Assembly (NCBI GenBank): GCA_050230475.1
Contig: JBFLGF010000011.1
Span: 1-64,000 of the forward strand
DNA length: 64,000 nt
Origin: Ancylonema sp.
Taxonomy: Eukaryota
Reading direction: 5' to 3'
This document shows, piece after piece, positions 21,084 through 33,751 of the stretch. The translations under genes and the position numbers were made by a program. The notes under the pieces were generated by a model, which was not told where the DNA came from, did not search any database, and saw only the letters and a list, made by a program, of their open reading frames with translations. Each line of letters opens with the position of its first letter. Within the stretch, counting starts at the first letter, position 1.

Positions 21084-22176
21084 CAGTAGAATCTGAATAT
21101 AGAGACACACTCTACAGTGACAATCTCGAAACACACAAACCCCGATACATAAAACTATGATATAAGAAACTCCTCGCTAAAATAAACTCTTCTTCGTTTT
21201 CCCGCCGCTAGAAACCCCCCGATATAAGCTAAAGAAACTCCAAGATATTAAATTAAAAAAAATCTTACATTCATACAAGGATTAATACCCCTCTGCATTA
21301 TCATTCCTTGATATACAATCGTTATCAATTAATACTTCATGTATTGATTTCAGCACATAATTTCTCGCAACCGCATGTCATTAATAATATGCGTAGAATG
21401 TGAGTGCAAATATTATCACGACAGCTTTTCATGCCCTCCGATTCAAATATTGCACGTCCACATGTTTTAAAAAAAAAATGCACGGTCAAACACTGGATCC
21501 ACGTGTCCAAACCTCGGAATAAGAAACAATTTTGCGAGGTATCTCAACTCAAGTTTATTATACACAGTATATAGAAATATTCAAAATATCATATATTTTC
21601 CAACAGATACTTTTTCCCCAGCATTGTGAGGTTACAAATATCGGGTTGTGCCTGCAATTTTTTTTTTTTGGGTCACATTTCTTATCCGAGAAAAAAATCT
21701 ATTGTATAGAGTACCAATCGCTACAGTGACATACGTTACAGTGACACAAAAATGAGAGTGTTTAATGTCACGATACAGTGAAACGTGTCTTTTTTTATAT
21801 TCTGGAATTAATAACCTGTATAAGCTAAAGACCAATATTACGCCCTATTTTCGGTTTTCACCCAAAATGTGACGTGTAAATAAACAACCTGTCTATTTAT
21901 TTATTTATTTTCGGGTACCGACGTTAGTCATCTATACAAAGTTAAGTGTAGCGAAGGGATATAATAATAAACGCCGTTTAGATGAGCCACCTCCTTTGAA
22001 AAAACACCATTGCGAACTTAATTCGCCATTAAATTCACTTTCTCTTGATACAGTGACATTTTCCTATTGTCGCCCTGTCAAATGTCACTATACAACATAT
22101 AGTGACAATCCTAGCATTCGATATAGTGACATTAAACCCCACCGTCAATGAAATTGTCACTATATTAAGACTACAG
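21084..22176. mobile_element. Degenerate Tc1/pogo-type MITE carrying a nested copy (~21130-21655) of the 22495-23018 family
   Basis: TA-CAGTAGAATCTGAATATAGAGACA ... TGTCACTATATTAAGACTACAG-TA imperfect TIR. 21159-21540 aligns with 22521-22922. Confidence 0.55.
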
Positions 22177-22286
22177 TATATGGATGCGTGCCATCGTGAA
22201 CCGCCAAATTGTGGTACAAGCGAATTCGATATAGTATTTTTTGGGCGGCGGGAAATTGGCTTACTATACCGAATTGTTACGATATA

Positions 22287-22492
22287 CATTCAACCCCGAT
22301 ATAGGAAACCTTAAAAAATGGGAAAAGGGGATTCTTATATCGAATGTTTCTTATGAAGATCACATTTTGAGTGTAAAAGCACAAAAAAATAGAAATACAA
22401 GAGGACCTCTTGCCTTTTTTTTTAAATATAATAATAGTTTCTCAAAGCAAAGAGTTTCTTATTACGAAGTTTTTTATACCGAGTTTGAGTTG
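22287..22492. mobile_element. Short degenerate MITE of the CACTCAAACCCCGATAT family
   Basis: TA-CATTCAACCCCGATATAGGAAAC ... TTTTTATACCGAGTTTGAGTTG-TA. It shares the TA at 22493-22494 with the next MITE. Confidence 0.55.
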
Positions 22493-22494
22493 TA

Positions 22495-23018
22495 CACTCA
22501 AACCGCGATATTAGAAACTTTGATATAAGAAACTCCTCGCTGAAAGATACTTTTTTCCCAACATCGTTTTTTCCCATATGAAACTCCCCCGATATCAGCA
22601 TAAGAAACTCCAATACAAGAAACTAAACTTTTGATTTTCAGTATTACGGGTTTCTTATACGGAGTAAAACGCCTTTAAATTGATATTCCCATAATAAATA
22701 TCCTTCATCAACTTATACTTCGTATATTTATTTTCCTTACATAATTTCTCGCAACCGTTTGTAATTAATAATTTACGCGTAGAACGTGAGTGCAAATATT
22801 ACCACGAAATCTTCTCAGGTCCTCCGATTCACATGAACAACAAATTGTATCGCACGCTCAAAGATTTGACGCCATGGATCCACGTGTCCAACCCTCATTA
22901 TAATAAAAATCTTCGCGAGGTTTCTCATATGAAGATTCTTATACACAGTATAAGATATTTTCGGTGTAAAAAAACTTCCCCCCAATATTTTTTAGTTTCT
23001 TATATCGGGGTTTGAGTG
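22495..23018. mobile_element. Tc1/mariner-pogo type MITE, 524 bp
   Basis: TIR CACTCAAACCGCGATATTAGAAAC ... GTTTCTTATATCGGGGTTTGAGTG with TA on both sides. Confidence 0.85.
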
Positions 23019-23567
23019 TACTCTGTAATGTACATAAGTAAACCGTGAACGTAGTGACACTGTATATACTATATACTATATAGTGACAGTATGGATACGG
23101 TGACTTATTCTCATGCTCCGTTAAAACACACTACAAATTTTATAATGTGACACTTGATAGTGACGGATACTCCTACATTATATTATTGCGATGTCACTAT
23201 AGCGAGAGGATATGACACATACGCCGTTTAGATGACCCTACTTCCTTGAGGAAAAAAAAGGGCTAATATCATTACGAAATATTTTCGTCCATACCTCTCT
23301 ATCTCAGTGAAGAGGGGATTGTTTTCGGGTTCACACATTGAGAACACTTAGAACATGATGTTTCTAGAGTATTATGGTCGTCTAAAACATATTTAGGATC
23401 ATCTTGGTGTATTCGTTGGGAAGTTATTTCCTATAAAAACGAATAACATATAGTTGAGTTTTGATGAGTTTTAATTGTGTGTACGAATCGTCGTGGCTAT
23501 TTTCTCAGGCGGTAATGCTGTTAGGAGATGACTGGTTTAGGATTCGGATTGGCACCATGCCTTGAGT

Positions 23568-23760
23568 CATAGTTTTACGGAAAGGCGGACCGGGGTTCCA
23601 AGGTCCCGGTTCCGGACCGGGGTCCTTCCTCTTAGGCCGAAAACCCGGGCATGTTGTTTCGGATAATATTTGGTTTTTGGGGTGCTAAGAGGTTTTCCGT
23701 GGATAAGAACATCGGAAACGAGATTTTTGTGGACAAAATTCGAATTTCTATGTTAACATT
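23568..23760. mobile_element. One end of a hAT MITE related to the 4018/5337 family
   Basis: CATAGTTTTACGGAAAGGCGGACCGGGGTTCCAAGGTCCCGGTTCCGGACCG resembles 5337-5390. No partner end was found. Confidence 0.6.
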
Positions 23761-24689
23761 AAGGTTTGTCAGTTGGTCACAACAAATTAGATATGAGAAT
23801 ATATACCATACTGGGCATAGTAAATGATTTCTATTTTTCATTATGAATATTCGTGATGATTTTTTTTTATGCTCCCGGGATACCGTTAGTTATTATCTAT
23901 GTATTTTGGTAACAATTCAAGGAATCCGTAAGATATTATCAACGATTTTTAGGGATTATTCCGGATTGTAGGAAAAAAAAGTACAAAAGATTCCCTTTAA
24001 GGTTTAGCAATGGTAAAGATAGACGGTTGCATGTTTTGCACGCGTGGGTTGGCGACACCAAGTCTTGCAAGGGTCAAATTCGTGGTCAATTAACGATTTA
24101 TCAAAGAACTATCCCGATCATTACATATTCTCTCTTTATTGGTTTATTTTGTATGAAATTACGATTCAGGTATTGCACGTCTACACGTACAAAAATCATG
24201 TCGCACGCTAAAATATTTGACGACATGTAACTACATGTCCAGACCTCGTTATGAGGAACATCTTAGCGAGGGGTACCATGTAAAATTTCTTATACAAGGT
24301 ATAAGAAAAATATAAGATGGTTTGTGCAATCGAATGAGAGTTGTAAAACACGTTTGAACGGATTTTAAGCTCGATACATATAGAGCCAAAACTTTACACA
24401 ATTTTGGCTCTATATGTTAGGTTCCTACATCGGGGTTTGGGTGTAAATTCGAATGGGTGATGGTGCGGGTTTGAGGTGGTGAGACCAAGTATTCGGCTCG
24501 CGGTAGGGGGTTGATGCCAGGTTGTTGTCCCCTACCGATATCCTACCGATTTCGGTGCCCAATCCGGTTGGGCATCGATAGGGCGTAGGGCAACAGTAGG
24601 TGATAAGAAAATCGATAGGGAGACGGTAGGGAATAAAAATGGTGGGTTTTTTTTTTTTTAGCGTGAAGTCAGACGAAGAAGTTGTAAAC

Positions 24690-24737
<48 letters not shown>

Positions 24738-25425
24738 ATAATTGACGTTACACACAAAGAATATAATTTTGCATCCGCACCTTTAGCTCCAACTTCGTGT
24801 TATGTTTTCAATTTATTGAATATGCACGGCCAGAATAGTCATACCGGTGGAAGAAACGCGATTGAAAAACGCATTTGAAAGAAAGTGGGAGTGTGAATCA
24901 CAAAAACGATGCCAAAACGAGCCACTGTGGAAAACTACGAAATTTACCTTACATCATTTGACGCCTTTCAAGATGCGATCTATGAATAGCCTGAGAAATT
25001 TGCGAGCCGAAGTTTCATAAATAAGATGAACTCATCTTTGAGTATGCCGAAAGGGAATGTAGGAAAAACAACACCGGTGCGAAACTTGAAGGTGATGGTT
25101 TAAACTTCGTTCCTTGTTTTTCTTATATGATATACAAAAATGTATTACATTGAAGTGATGTGGCTTTGAATCGCATCAAATAAATATACCTCCCGACAAA
25201 GCCACTAATCTCATTATATTATAGCCGCTGTAGCCATTATGACCATAATAGCCACTAAGCAATTGCAAGTGAAAGACGCGCAAGGGGATTTTAGTACTCT
25301 TACAAGTGTTGATTTCTCTTATGACTCAACAAGTGACTGCAAGTCGTATTATCGCCAAACATATCGGCAGGCATACGGGGGACAACGGGGAAGTGCCAGA
25401 TGGGATCGAAAGGGGAAAGGGCCGT

Positions 25426-26225
25426 TGATGACGTGATCAGTTGATGTTTGTACGTCATAATGTGGTTCGTCGACATTAAGCAATGAGTGTCGATATCGAT
25501 CAATGTGTGAATGTAAAGGACATCTGCCCTAACTAAGGAGTTTGTGCACGCTTGACTCGCGGTGGTGATCGTAAACGATCACTTGAACGACGGCAAGATC
25601 GTCGCCTTGACTCGGCAACTCTCTCATTGCGGGCAAGCTGACAACGTGAGAGCTCTATATGGGATTTCAAGTATAGAGTATGCGATACAATAGTACAAGA
25701 ATAATGATAACTCTCGATCACCGAGCAGCTATTTATGTGTAAGTCTGCTGTGCTTGTAATCAACAACAAAGAAACTGCGAGTCTGCACACCGACTTGCGT
25801 CGTGTAAACGTGTGAGGTCACGAGGCTGCGTACCAGGCAACGATGGCAAAGTACAGAGAGCGACAACTCGAATGTACGAAATACAATATCGACAAGAAAG
25901 GAATGCGAAAGCACAGATTGCAAGGCAAAAGGCCACTATTATACACAAGATACAGATGACACGAGAGGCAAGATGGAATGCAAGTCTCTTCAGTGTTAGA
26001 TTCAGCGAAAGCTGAATTATAAGTTCGATCACAAAGGTTTTATTCAAATTCTACAGACGACGCTAGACGCGTGTCGATCTACAATTCAATCTCAGAAGCA
26101 AGTCTCGCGCGCAATTGTTTTATCTACAATCTCTATCGTCGGATATTCATCGACGGCTAACAATTATTACAAGTCATCATATTTGGATTAATGACTAGTT
26201 ACAAAAGTGCCACGTCGGATCGGCG
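25426..26225. mobile_element. Probable LTR/leader remnant of a retrotransposon
   Basis: 26120-26222 aligns with 6743-6843 (TATCTACAAT...TTCATCGACG...ATTATTACAAGTCATCA...AAAGTGC.ACGT.GGATC). Boundaries are uncertain. Confidence 0.35.
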
Positions 26226-27093
26226 GTATAGCTAAAAAATGTTTGAATTTGGAGTAAGCAATTTTTTTTCCTGTAAAGGGGAAGGTAGAGTTTCTACCTT
26301 ACAAGTTAAGGTAGGTTATTGTTTGCCGAAGTTTCAACAAAACTCTCAATAATTGCCAACGGCTTAGATTTGGTAGGCGATCACTTGAGTTCCATACGAA
26401 ATGGCAAAATCTCAACTCATCAGATACAAAAATCTTAAATCTTATACAAGGAAATTAAGCATACCGTGACCCCGTTAAATGGTAGATGTTTGCGATATTA
26501 GTTGGGCCCGATTCATAGTTGGTCCCCGAGCCGGTAATTTTACGAGCCGGCTCGGATCTGGCTCGCGCGCGAGCCGTCTTGAAGTCGGGCTCGCAAAATC
26601 CGCGAGCGGAGCGGGATGCATGGAAAGTAAGCAAACAAAAAAAAACATATTTGGGCCTCAAAATGGGTACTTATGAATGTTACACATAAAGTTGTCAAAA
26701 AACATTGAGAAGTAGCCTTAGATCAGAAGTTATTAATCGTATACAGTCGCGGTGTGATGTGTATTTGTTGGAATGCATTGGCCGCGGTTGGGAACACATC
26801 CGGATCTTGGTTTCCAGAAAACTCACCAGTGTGGCACGTGTGGCATTGAATAACCTTCCCAAATTTGAATAGACTCGGTTTTGGACTTCAAGGTTAGAAA
26901 GCGACCACAATAACCTCTAGTTGTAGGTTGCTCAAGGTTTCAAAATTACATCCAAACCAAGCTTGCAAAACGGGATCAAGCCGATCCCGGCATCAAACTC
27001 ACATACAAAAAATATATATAACCATCCACCTTACGACAATTAGTGCCGAAGTGGTTACGTCAAGGCACTTCAAAGCATGTTGAGATTTCCCCT

Positions 27094-30000
27094 TTAAGTC
27101 GCAATGAAATTAACATTGTGCAACGCAAGCAAACCTGCTGTGAACTGTTGTCTACCTTCCTGGTATGCTTCTAAAAGAAAAGAGTACTCGACCTTATACC
27201 TTCGGTATTCAGAAAACTCACTAAAACTTGCAAGTGCTTCATAAAAAATGCTATCTAGACTTGCAATATTCCCCTCTGTGTGTTGACGGTGCAACCAAGA
27301 ATATGGGGGATTTGGATCGAAGGGATTTCCCCTCATTCCAACTTGGCTTCCCCGACCATACAGCCATTGCATCCAAGCCACATCCCACACACTGCGGTGA
27401 CAATGTAACAACAGATTCACAGCCTTTTCGAAGCAAGCACTGTTTCTTAATTTTCTAACACAGGTTTTAAAATGAGCTTCATTGCTCAGAAGGTTGTGAC
27501 GCTCATGGCCAGCTTCATGTTGCTCGAAACCACCACAAATCCTTTTTGCAAGTGTGAACGAGTCGGAAGCCCCGATTTGCCCTGATTTCTCCTCTCTTCC
27601 TTGTACCACTGAAGCTATTGGCGCCCACTCTGATTGCAATAGACAAGTGTTGAACTCTTGCTCGCCTACTTCCCTCAACTTCTCCGAGGGTGCACCGTCT
27701 TCGTTCAACAATTTATCCATGAAGTTTCCTTCATGCATTGGACCCTCTCGCTGGTCTGCAAAAGCGGATGCGTCCCCTCCACTCTTTGCCAAGTCTTCCC
27801 TCAAACGTCCTCCCACCAAACACGCCTCCCTAAACTCGTCTTCTTCGGAAGCCACCTGTTGGACTGCAGCATGCAGTAGGAGTACAATGGCAGTCGATGT
27901 TAACGCCCTGCTGTCATCTGAACCAACGGGACTTGAGTCCCGTACAACTGGAGGAACTAAGAGTGGCTGCGCTGGACCATAGGAAGCCTCATGTACATGG
28001 ATATCCCGTTGGATTGGACTTTCAGATACCGTCTTGTTGGCAGCACCCTCCGCCCATTGGCGTAGCGCCACATGGATGAAACCCTCCCACCTGTGGAAAA
28101 GAAGAGGCGAGTAGAGTCAGGGGGGGCATCGGCATAGAGGGACTAACTGGAGCAAGCGCAAGAGGCAACCAAGCGAAACAGGGCACTAGTGGAGTGCTGC
28201 ATTCAATATTCAAAAGTGTCGTCTGTGTAGCTCTTTGTCCATCAGTATGCTCTGAATGGAATCTGCTAAATTTTCAGGGTGGAGCTGGGATCTGCCAGAA
28301 AATTAGGATGGGGTACAAGATCTTACGTGAAAGGCGTTTCCACCTCCACCCCAAAGGTGACATGCACAGAACATCCGTCCTCCTCCACCTCGTCACTTAA
28401 GCTTCCAGCTGACGATGTTGACCCTCTGGCCTGCAGGTCAAAAGTCAACGCCTCATGGGGGCTGCCTCGGGGGATGTAAAGGATGTCTCCAGGATGCAAC
28501 ACATACTCCATGGGAGTATGTCCACTCCTGTCAGGGTTTTGCCGAGCAGCGTACAGCTGTGGAAGTTTTGTTGTACGGGGATACACTCTCCACCTCTTGC
28601 GGCCTGCCAGCTGGCACACAAAGACGCAGTGATCGTCGTAGTGCAGCTTCAGCCCTTGTGCCCCAGGGGGGGTGAGGTAGAGATTGGCTCCCACAGAAGC
28701 CTGGCCCAAGGAACTTGCCAGCTGGCAGGCCACCTTAGCAACCTCTGGGATCCTGGATTGCAGACTCCTCAACGCGATGCTGTACCCCTCTGAGGAAGCT
28801 TGCGAGCAATCAACTGCGCTCACACTGCACCCCCTCTCTTCCTCCGAACCTGTCTCCCTCAAGTTTCCAACTCTTCTTCTCCAAAAGCTTTCCTGCTCCT
28901 CAGTCTCATCTGGAGGTGTGGTACTCGTCGCACTGATTATTTCATTACATGGTTTACTACTTGAATCTGAACTACCAGAGCCCATTGCCTGTGCATTTGG
29001 CCCCATTTCCTCGGCTGGCGTCGTTCTAACGAGGTTGATGTCATGTCCAAGAAGCATAGGACCTCCCAGGGCATCGCCTACCTCATTTATGATGGCTATT
29101 ACGTTCAGTTCGTCAGCAGGAGCAGACGGACAATGAAAACAGATAGGAAGGAGCTTCTCCACCACTGCCTTAGAGCTCTCCAAAAATGAACAGCATCGAA
29201 GCTTCCTCATTGCATGCAGCCACTCCAACTGATCATAATCAGTTTCACGGAGAAATAATACAGCAGACTTCTCCCAGTGCTTCTTCAAAAACTCAGGGTC
29301 TATAGTCCATGACTGCCGAGATACGAGCTGTGGTCCCTTCACCTCTCCCGTCGCCATCTTTTGCATAGAAATTTCAGCTCCCAACCGCACCGCCAGTTTG
29401 GAAATCGATCTCTGGATTGTCGCGTCAGGCAGCTTGCAAATGATTGGCCAGGCTGCCTGGAGTGAAGCCAGGCAATGGTCTACAAAGCCCGGAGGAAGTG
29501 CTGTGAGGACATCAGCGGGAGATTCTTCACTGCACACAAAAATTTCTGCCAGCGTTACAACACTCTGCAGAGTGTTGAAAGACAGAGACTCCTCCTCCTC
29601 CTCCTCCTCCTCGCTGTCACTAAGCTCACCACAGTCCTCACAGCAGGAAGCATTGTCTTCTACAACACGCTCCTGGGCACATGCTTCTGCCGGATCACGC
29701 GCTAAAGCCTCATCGAAGCTGGCGTCTACGTTGGGGGCGAAGGGGTGTTGACTCGCTGGAACGATTGAGTCCTTGACTCGGAAAACACTTGACGCGCTGT
29801 ACTCTTGAAGAAGACGAACTAATGCCCGGCTGCATCACCTTGGACACGAAGATTTTCAGTCAGTCGGAGGCCACATGCTGCTGATACAATTGGGATTCCC
29901 TGGTCATTTTGGATTTTCCGACGCTGAATTTTCAGCGGTATACGTGGTAGTACTTCTGGTAATGGGCCAGATTATTGACATCTGCTCCCCAAAGGACCTG

Positions 30001-31093
30001 CTTAGTAGCGAGCATCAGTCAGCCAAGCAGCTCATCGCAGGACAGCCTGATTCGACATTATAATGTAGATTTCATTGCTGGCCAAGCTGAACGCGGATCC
30101 AACTAGTCCATCCGTGTCACACAACTGAAAAAGAGTGACACCGTCGCACAAACTTTCGAACGTACTCACAGAGTCTGATGACCGATGCCCGCGGTGGCCA
30201 GATTCCGTTTTCCAGCGGTTGAAGCAGCAGCATCTGTCAAAGCTACTGCTGAAGTGTGCACACGGGTGAGACTTTGACTCGTCAGGTTGATGCTAAGGAT
30301 CTTGAGGAGGCGGGAGTGAAGTCCAAGTGATGCAGAATTTTCCAAGGAAGATAGGGCCACAGAGGAGATGAGTCGGGTGGCACAAGTGTAAAATGTGGAT
30401 ATTTGGGAGCATTCACACCTGCACAGAGCCAAGGCGTATCTTAAAAGTTACTGAGGCTGGAGGGGAGGTCCTTGATATGGACCAGGTACAATGACTGCGC
30501 TACATATCTGTGTAGCTATTGTCGACAATAGGGGTGCAGCCTCGCTCGTGAAGGAGTTGACATATCACCAGCATTAAGATACACAGAGACGATTTTCTTT
30601 GACGAGTACTGACAGAAAGGCTTCTCATTATTACAGAAACAGGCCAGACTGCATCTCTTTACAACTACCGATATCAATGCAGGTGCACGTCAACGGCAAG
30701 AGTGCACGACTCTCACTGTATTGAGAGAAGGTCTGCTAAAGTATCGAAAAGTCCATCCAAGATAAGTGCACGAGCTGCCACATTGCCAGCATTGTGTCCT
30801 CCATCGACCATTGCGACCCCAGCAAGGATTCTGCACAGCCGCTTCCCGTCCTGTAGCCATATCCAGTGGGGATAAGAGGTCTGACCAAGGCGCTGAGGCG
30901 CTGTGACAGGTGCACAACATTTATCATGGCGATTCTCCTCAGTATTTTTTTGGGTTGAACATATGTTTGTAACCGGGTGAGGTGACGGGAACTCAAGGCA
31001 TCTACAGAAGCCTGTTTCGTTCAGCTCTGCGATGAGAGTTCTCAGACGAGAATGGATCGCGGAAGAATCATCTGCCTCACGCTTTCGCTTCAT
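27094..31093 (-). CDS. JmjC/Cupin_4 2OG-Fe(II) oxygenase of the RIOX1(NO66)/RIOX2(MINA53)/YcfD type with long extensions, ~1041 aa; exons 31093-30717, 30418-30170, 29829-28327, 28090-27094
   Basis: GYSIALRSLQ, VGANLYLTPPGAQGLKLHYDDHCVFVCQLAGRKRW, LHPGDILYIPRGSPHEA and SVHVTFGVEVETPFTWEGFIHVAL give an intact HxD...H triad. Three phase-2 GT-AG introns give an open 3126-nt CDS. Confidence 0.88.
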
Positions 31094-31565
31094 TCTCCGC
31101 TACCTATAGTGACCGCTGAGGAGCCTGAAAGTATCCTAAACTCCTACATATACTTCTAGTTTTCTCATAAACGTCTTCTCTCAAATCATTTGAGTCAGAT
31201 GATCATTGCAGAATTGCATCAATTGCTGCACTTCAGGCCTACTACAAGCCGGGACAACACGTTTTGTACCGCGAAAATTGCGGGATACGACACGTATCCC
31301 GGCACCGACGGCTCGGGGCGGCAGAAGCGGCAAGGAGTTTGCCGTCGCGTTAGCTAGCCGCGATCCGGCCGTTGTCACCCGGGGACAGCAGTTGTCAGTC
31401 ACCTAGAGCTCCCGCCTTGTTCCCGCTATTGTTGCCAACGAGGTTCCTGATTCCCGAGTCAACTAACGGTAGATCTCCTTCGATCCATTGACCTCCTTCG
31501 ACGGTCTCCTTCGAATTTCAGTCCTGAATACAAAGTTGGGAAAAGGATCAATATCTTTGGGTGGT

Positions 31566-31838
31566 ATGGCGTTGTGGCTGACAGAGGAAATTTATATCGC
31601 TAACAGGCCTCAGATCCTACGCCTGTACCGCAATATTCTCAAGGAATTAGACAAAGGCGCTGGTGGACTTGGTCTGGCAGCGCGCGAGGCACGTAAACGA
31701 GACGTGCGAGTCATTTTTGAAGTAGCCCGGGACGAAGACTCCATAGACAATATTCAGGACCTCGTGGACGTCGGGATCCATGTACTCCGGCAGCTACGGA
31801 AAGGCCATCTTCCAGAAGTGAACAACCTTCTTGCTTGA
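31566..31838 (+). CDS. LYR-motif (Complex1_LYR superfamily) small protein, 90 aa, single exon
   Basis: MALWLTEEIYIANRPQILRLYRNILKEL...VRVIFEVARDEDSIDNIQDLVDVG shows the LYR motif, the downstream conserved Phe and typical length. Confidence 0.85.
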   Translation: MALWLTEEIYIANRPQILRLYRNILKELDKGAGGLGLAAREARKRDVRVIFEVARDEDSIDNIQDLVDVGIHVLRQLRKGHLPEVNNLLA

Positions 31839-33751
31839 GGTAGACCTGCAGGACGCGACCCTGGTGAATGTGCTCGCCCGAGCCCACTTTTTGGACTGGC
31901 ACAGATGACTCCGAAGATAAGATAATACATCCGATCAGGAGATCGTTGATGCTATTCTGATCGCTCAGGAGACATCCTGTTGCACAATCAAATTAGTCAT
32001 GGCTAGGCCATCCACGCAGCTCTGACTTCATTCTCAAGGAACCACCTGGCGATCTCATACTGATCGTGGATGGATAAAAGGAAAGTTCTGAGTTTTTTTT
32101 CATGGGGCCAAATAAAACATGAAGTAGCGAAGTATCGCTTTACTCCAGTACAAGGAAACAACAATTTTAAACAAAATTATTGTGTCCAAATTTTAAACAA
32201 TTTTATGGTGTCATGGGGAACTGAGGTGATGAATCTGCAACAAAGAAGTCACCAACTGCATGGGATTTCTTCTTCCAGAAGCCTACTTAGGGATTTGCCT
32301 TGATGTATAAGGCACTACAGTCATCTCCCGCACGTGTGGTGAACTTCATTAATGTCACAATCTCAGACGATACTCTGAAATCAATGGTCTACATTGTGGC
32401 CCAAGTGGAGACGTTGTAAAGTTAGTCAAGGCACGGGAGCAAACTTGTTGACTAGTTTTTGCATTTGATTGTTTTGATGTTATCATAACTCGTTCAGCTC
32501 TTGTGATAGCATGAAATTGAACACAACTTCGTGTTATGGTCGAAGTGGTACCGCAGTTAGAAGTCAAATATGCACTCGAACAAAAATATTTGGTGCGCTT
32601 GTAAAATCCATTGGCTACATTGATTCCATGAGGGAGCAACCTTCCACCTTGGCAATCGCTTCATGTTTTTTTGGTTCCATGATTGCCTTGCAAACAAGTT
32701 TGTGGTTGTGTGGGTGATGGTCATTGGTAAACGTGACATCGTACACTTGCCTTTTGAATCGGCTATTAGCGTTGGTTGAGTCTTTGACGAAGCGTACAGG
32801 TACAAATATAGAAGGTCCATCCGTATGACCAAACAAGGCTGGCGCACAATTTTCGCCCACACATTGAGTCTGCAAGACCTTCGTGAATCTTACTAGCCTC
32901 GAGCGAGGGGACCATGTGTGAGCAACATAGTAGATATTCCTCTCCTCACAATGAGTGATCCAATGTTATGCATTGTGTCATACCTAGATCCTGCATGTTG
33001 CACACTCATCATCCATAGTGCTTAAAATACATCAAGTGTGAATAGCAAACAAAGAAAGGAAGAAGTAACGATGTGCGTCCATGGAAATCACCTTGTAATT
33101 TGATATCGCAGGTCCGTGCTATGCTACAAATAGCCATGTTTCAATGAGACGTTTGGCGAAGAACTCAGTCGTCCCCTCCTCTCAAGAAAGAAAGAGGCTC
33201 AAAGCACTCTTGTAAATAGTTGCCACCGGGTGGTAAAATTGGTTGGGATTCTCTGCCTCCTAATAGTGCTTAGGAGTTGCTAAGTTAGAACATCCGTGGC
33301 GTATTGAATTCTAATATGATACTTCAGGAGGGATGACATGGAAAGTGGGAATTTTAAATTGCACCCGAATTGCGTCGACGATGGAAATCCAACTTTTCCT
33401 TCAATCGCCAGGCCATCAGTAAGGCAATGATGTAGAATACGGTACTATTTTCCACTTTCCTTGGTACAAATATTTTACCATAGAAAATAGATCATACTAT
33501 CCATATTATCCATATTTGTTTAAACTTATATTCTCACCTAACCACAATGCTCCCATTACCCCCACACGAATAAAAAAGATGGTCATCATTCCTCATATCC
33601 TCACCAACGTGCGCCTCTCCAAGGCGTCGACATATCGTCATTGCACAAACATGCAATAAAGAACCGCACATGTAAAACACACGCTAGTCAATCACGAGAT
33701 GGCGTGACAAGAAAAAGGTTGTGTACTGATAAGGAACTCTCTAGCCCCATG

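Noticed and set aside
24691..24735. A45 tract as a SINE/LINE tail
   Set aside because: No Pol III boxes, RT remnant or TSD seen, and homopolymers are common in this window.
32070..33640. Short ORFs between the LYR gene and TRM11
   Set aside because: No recognisable domain or consistent exon chain.
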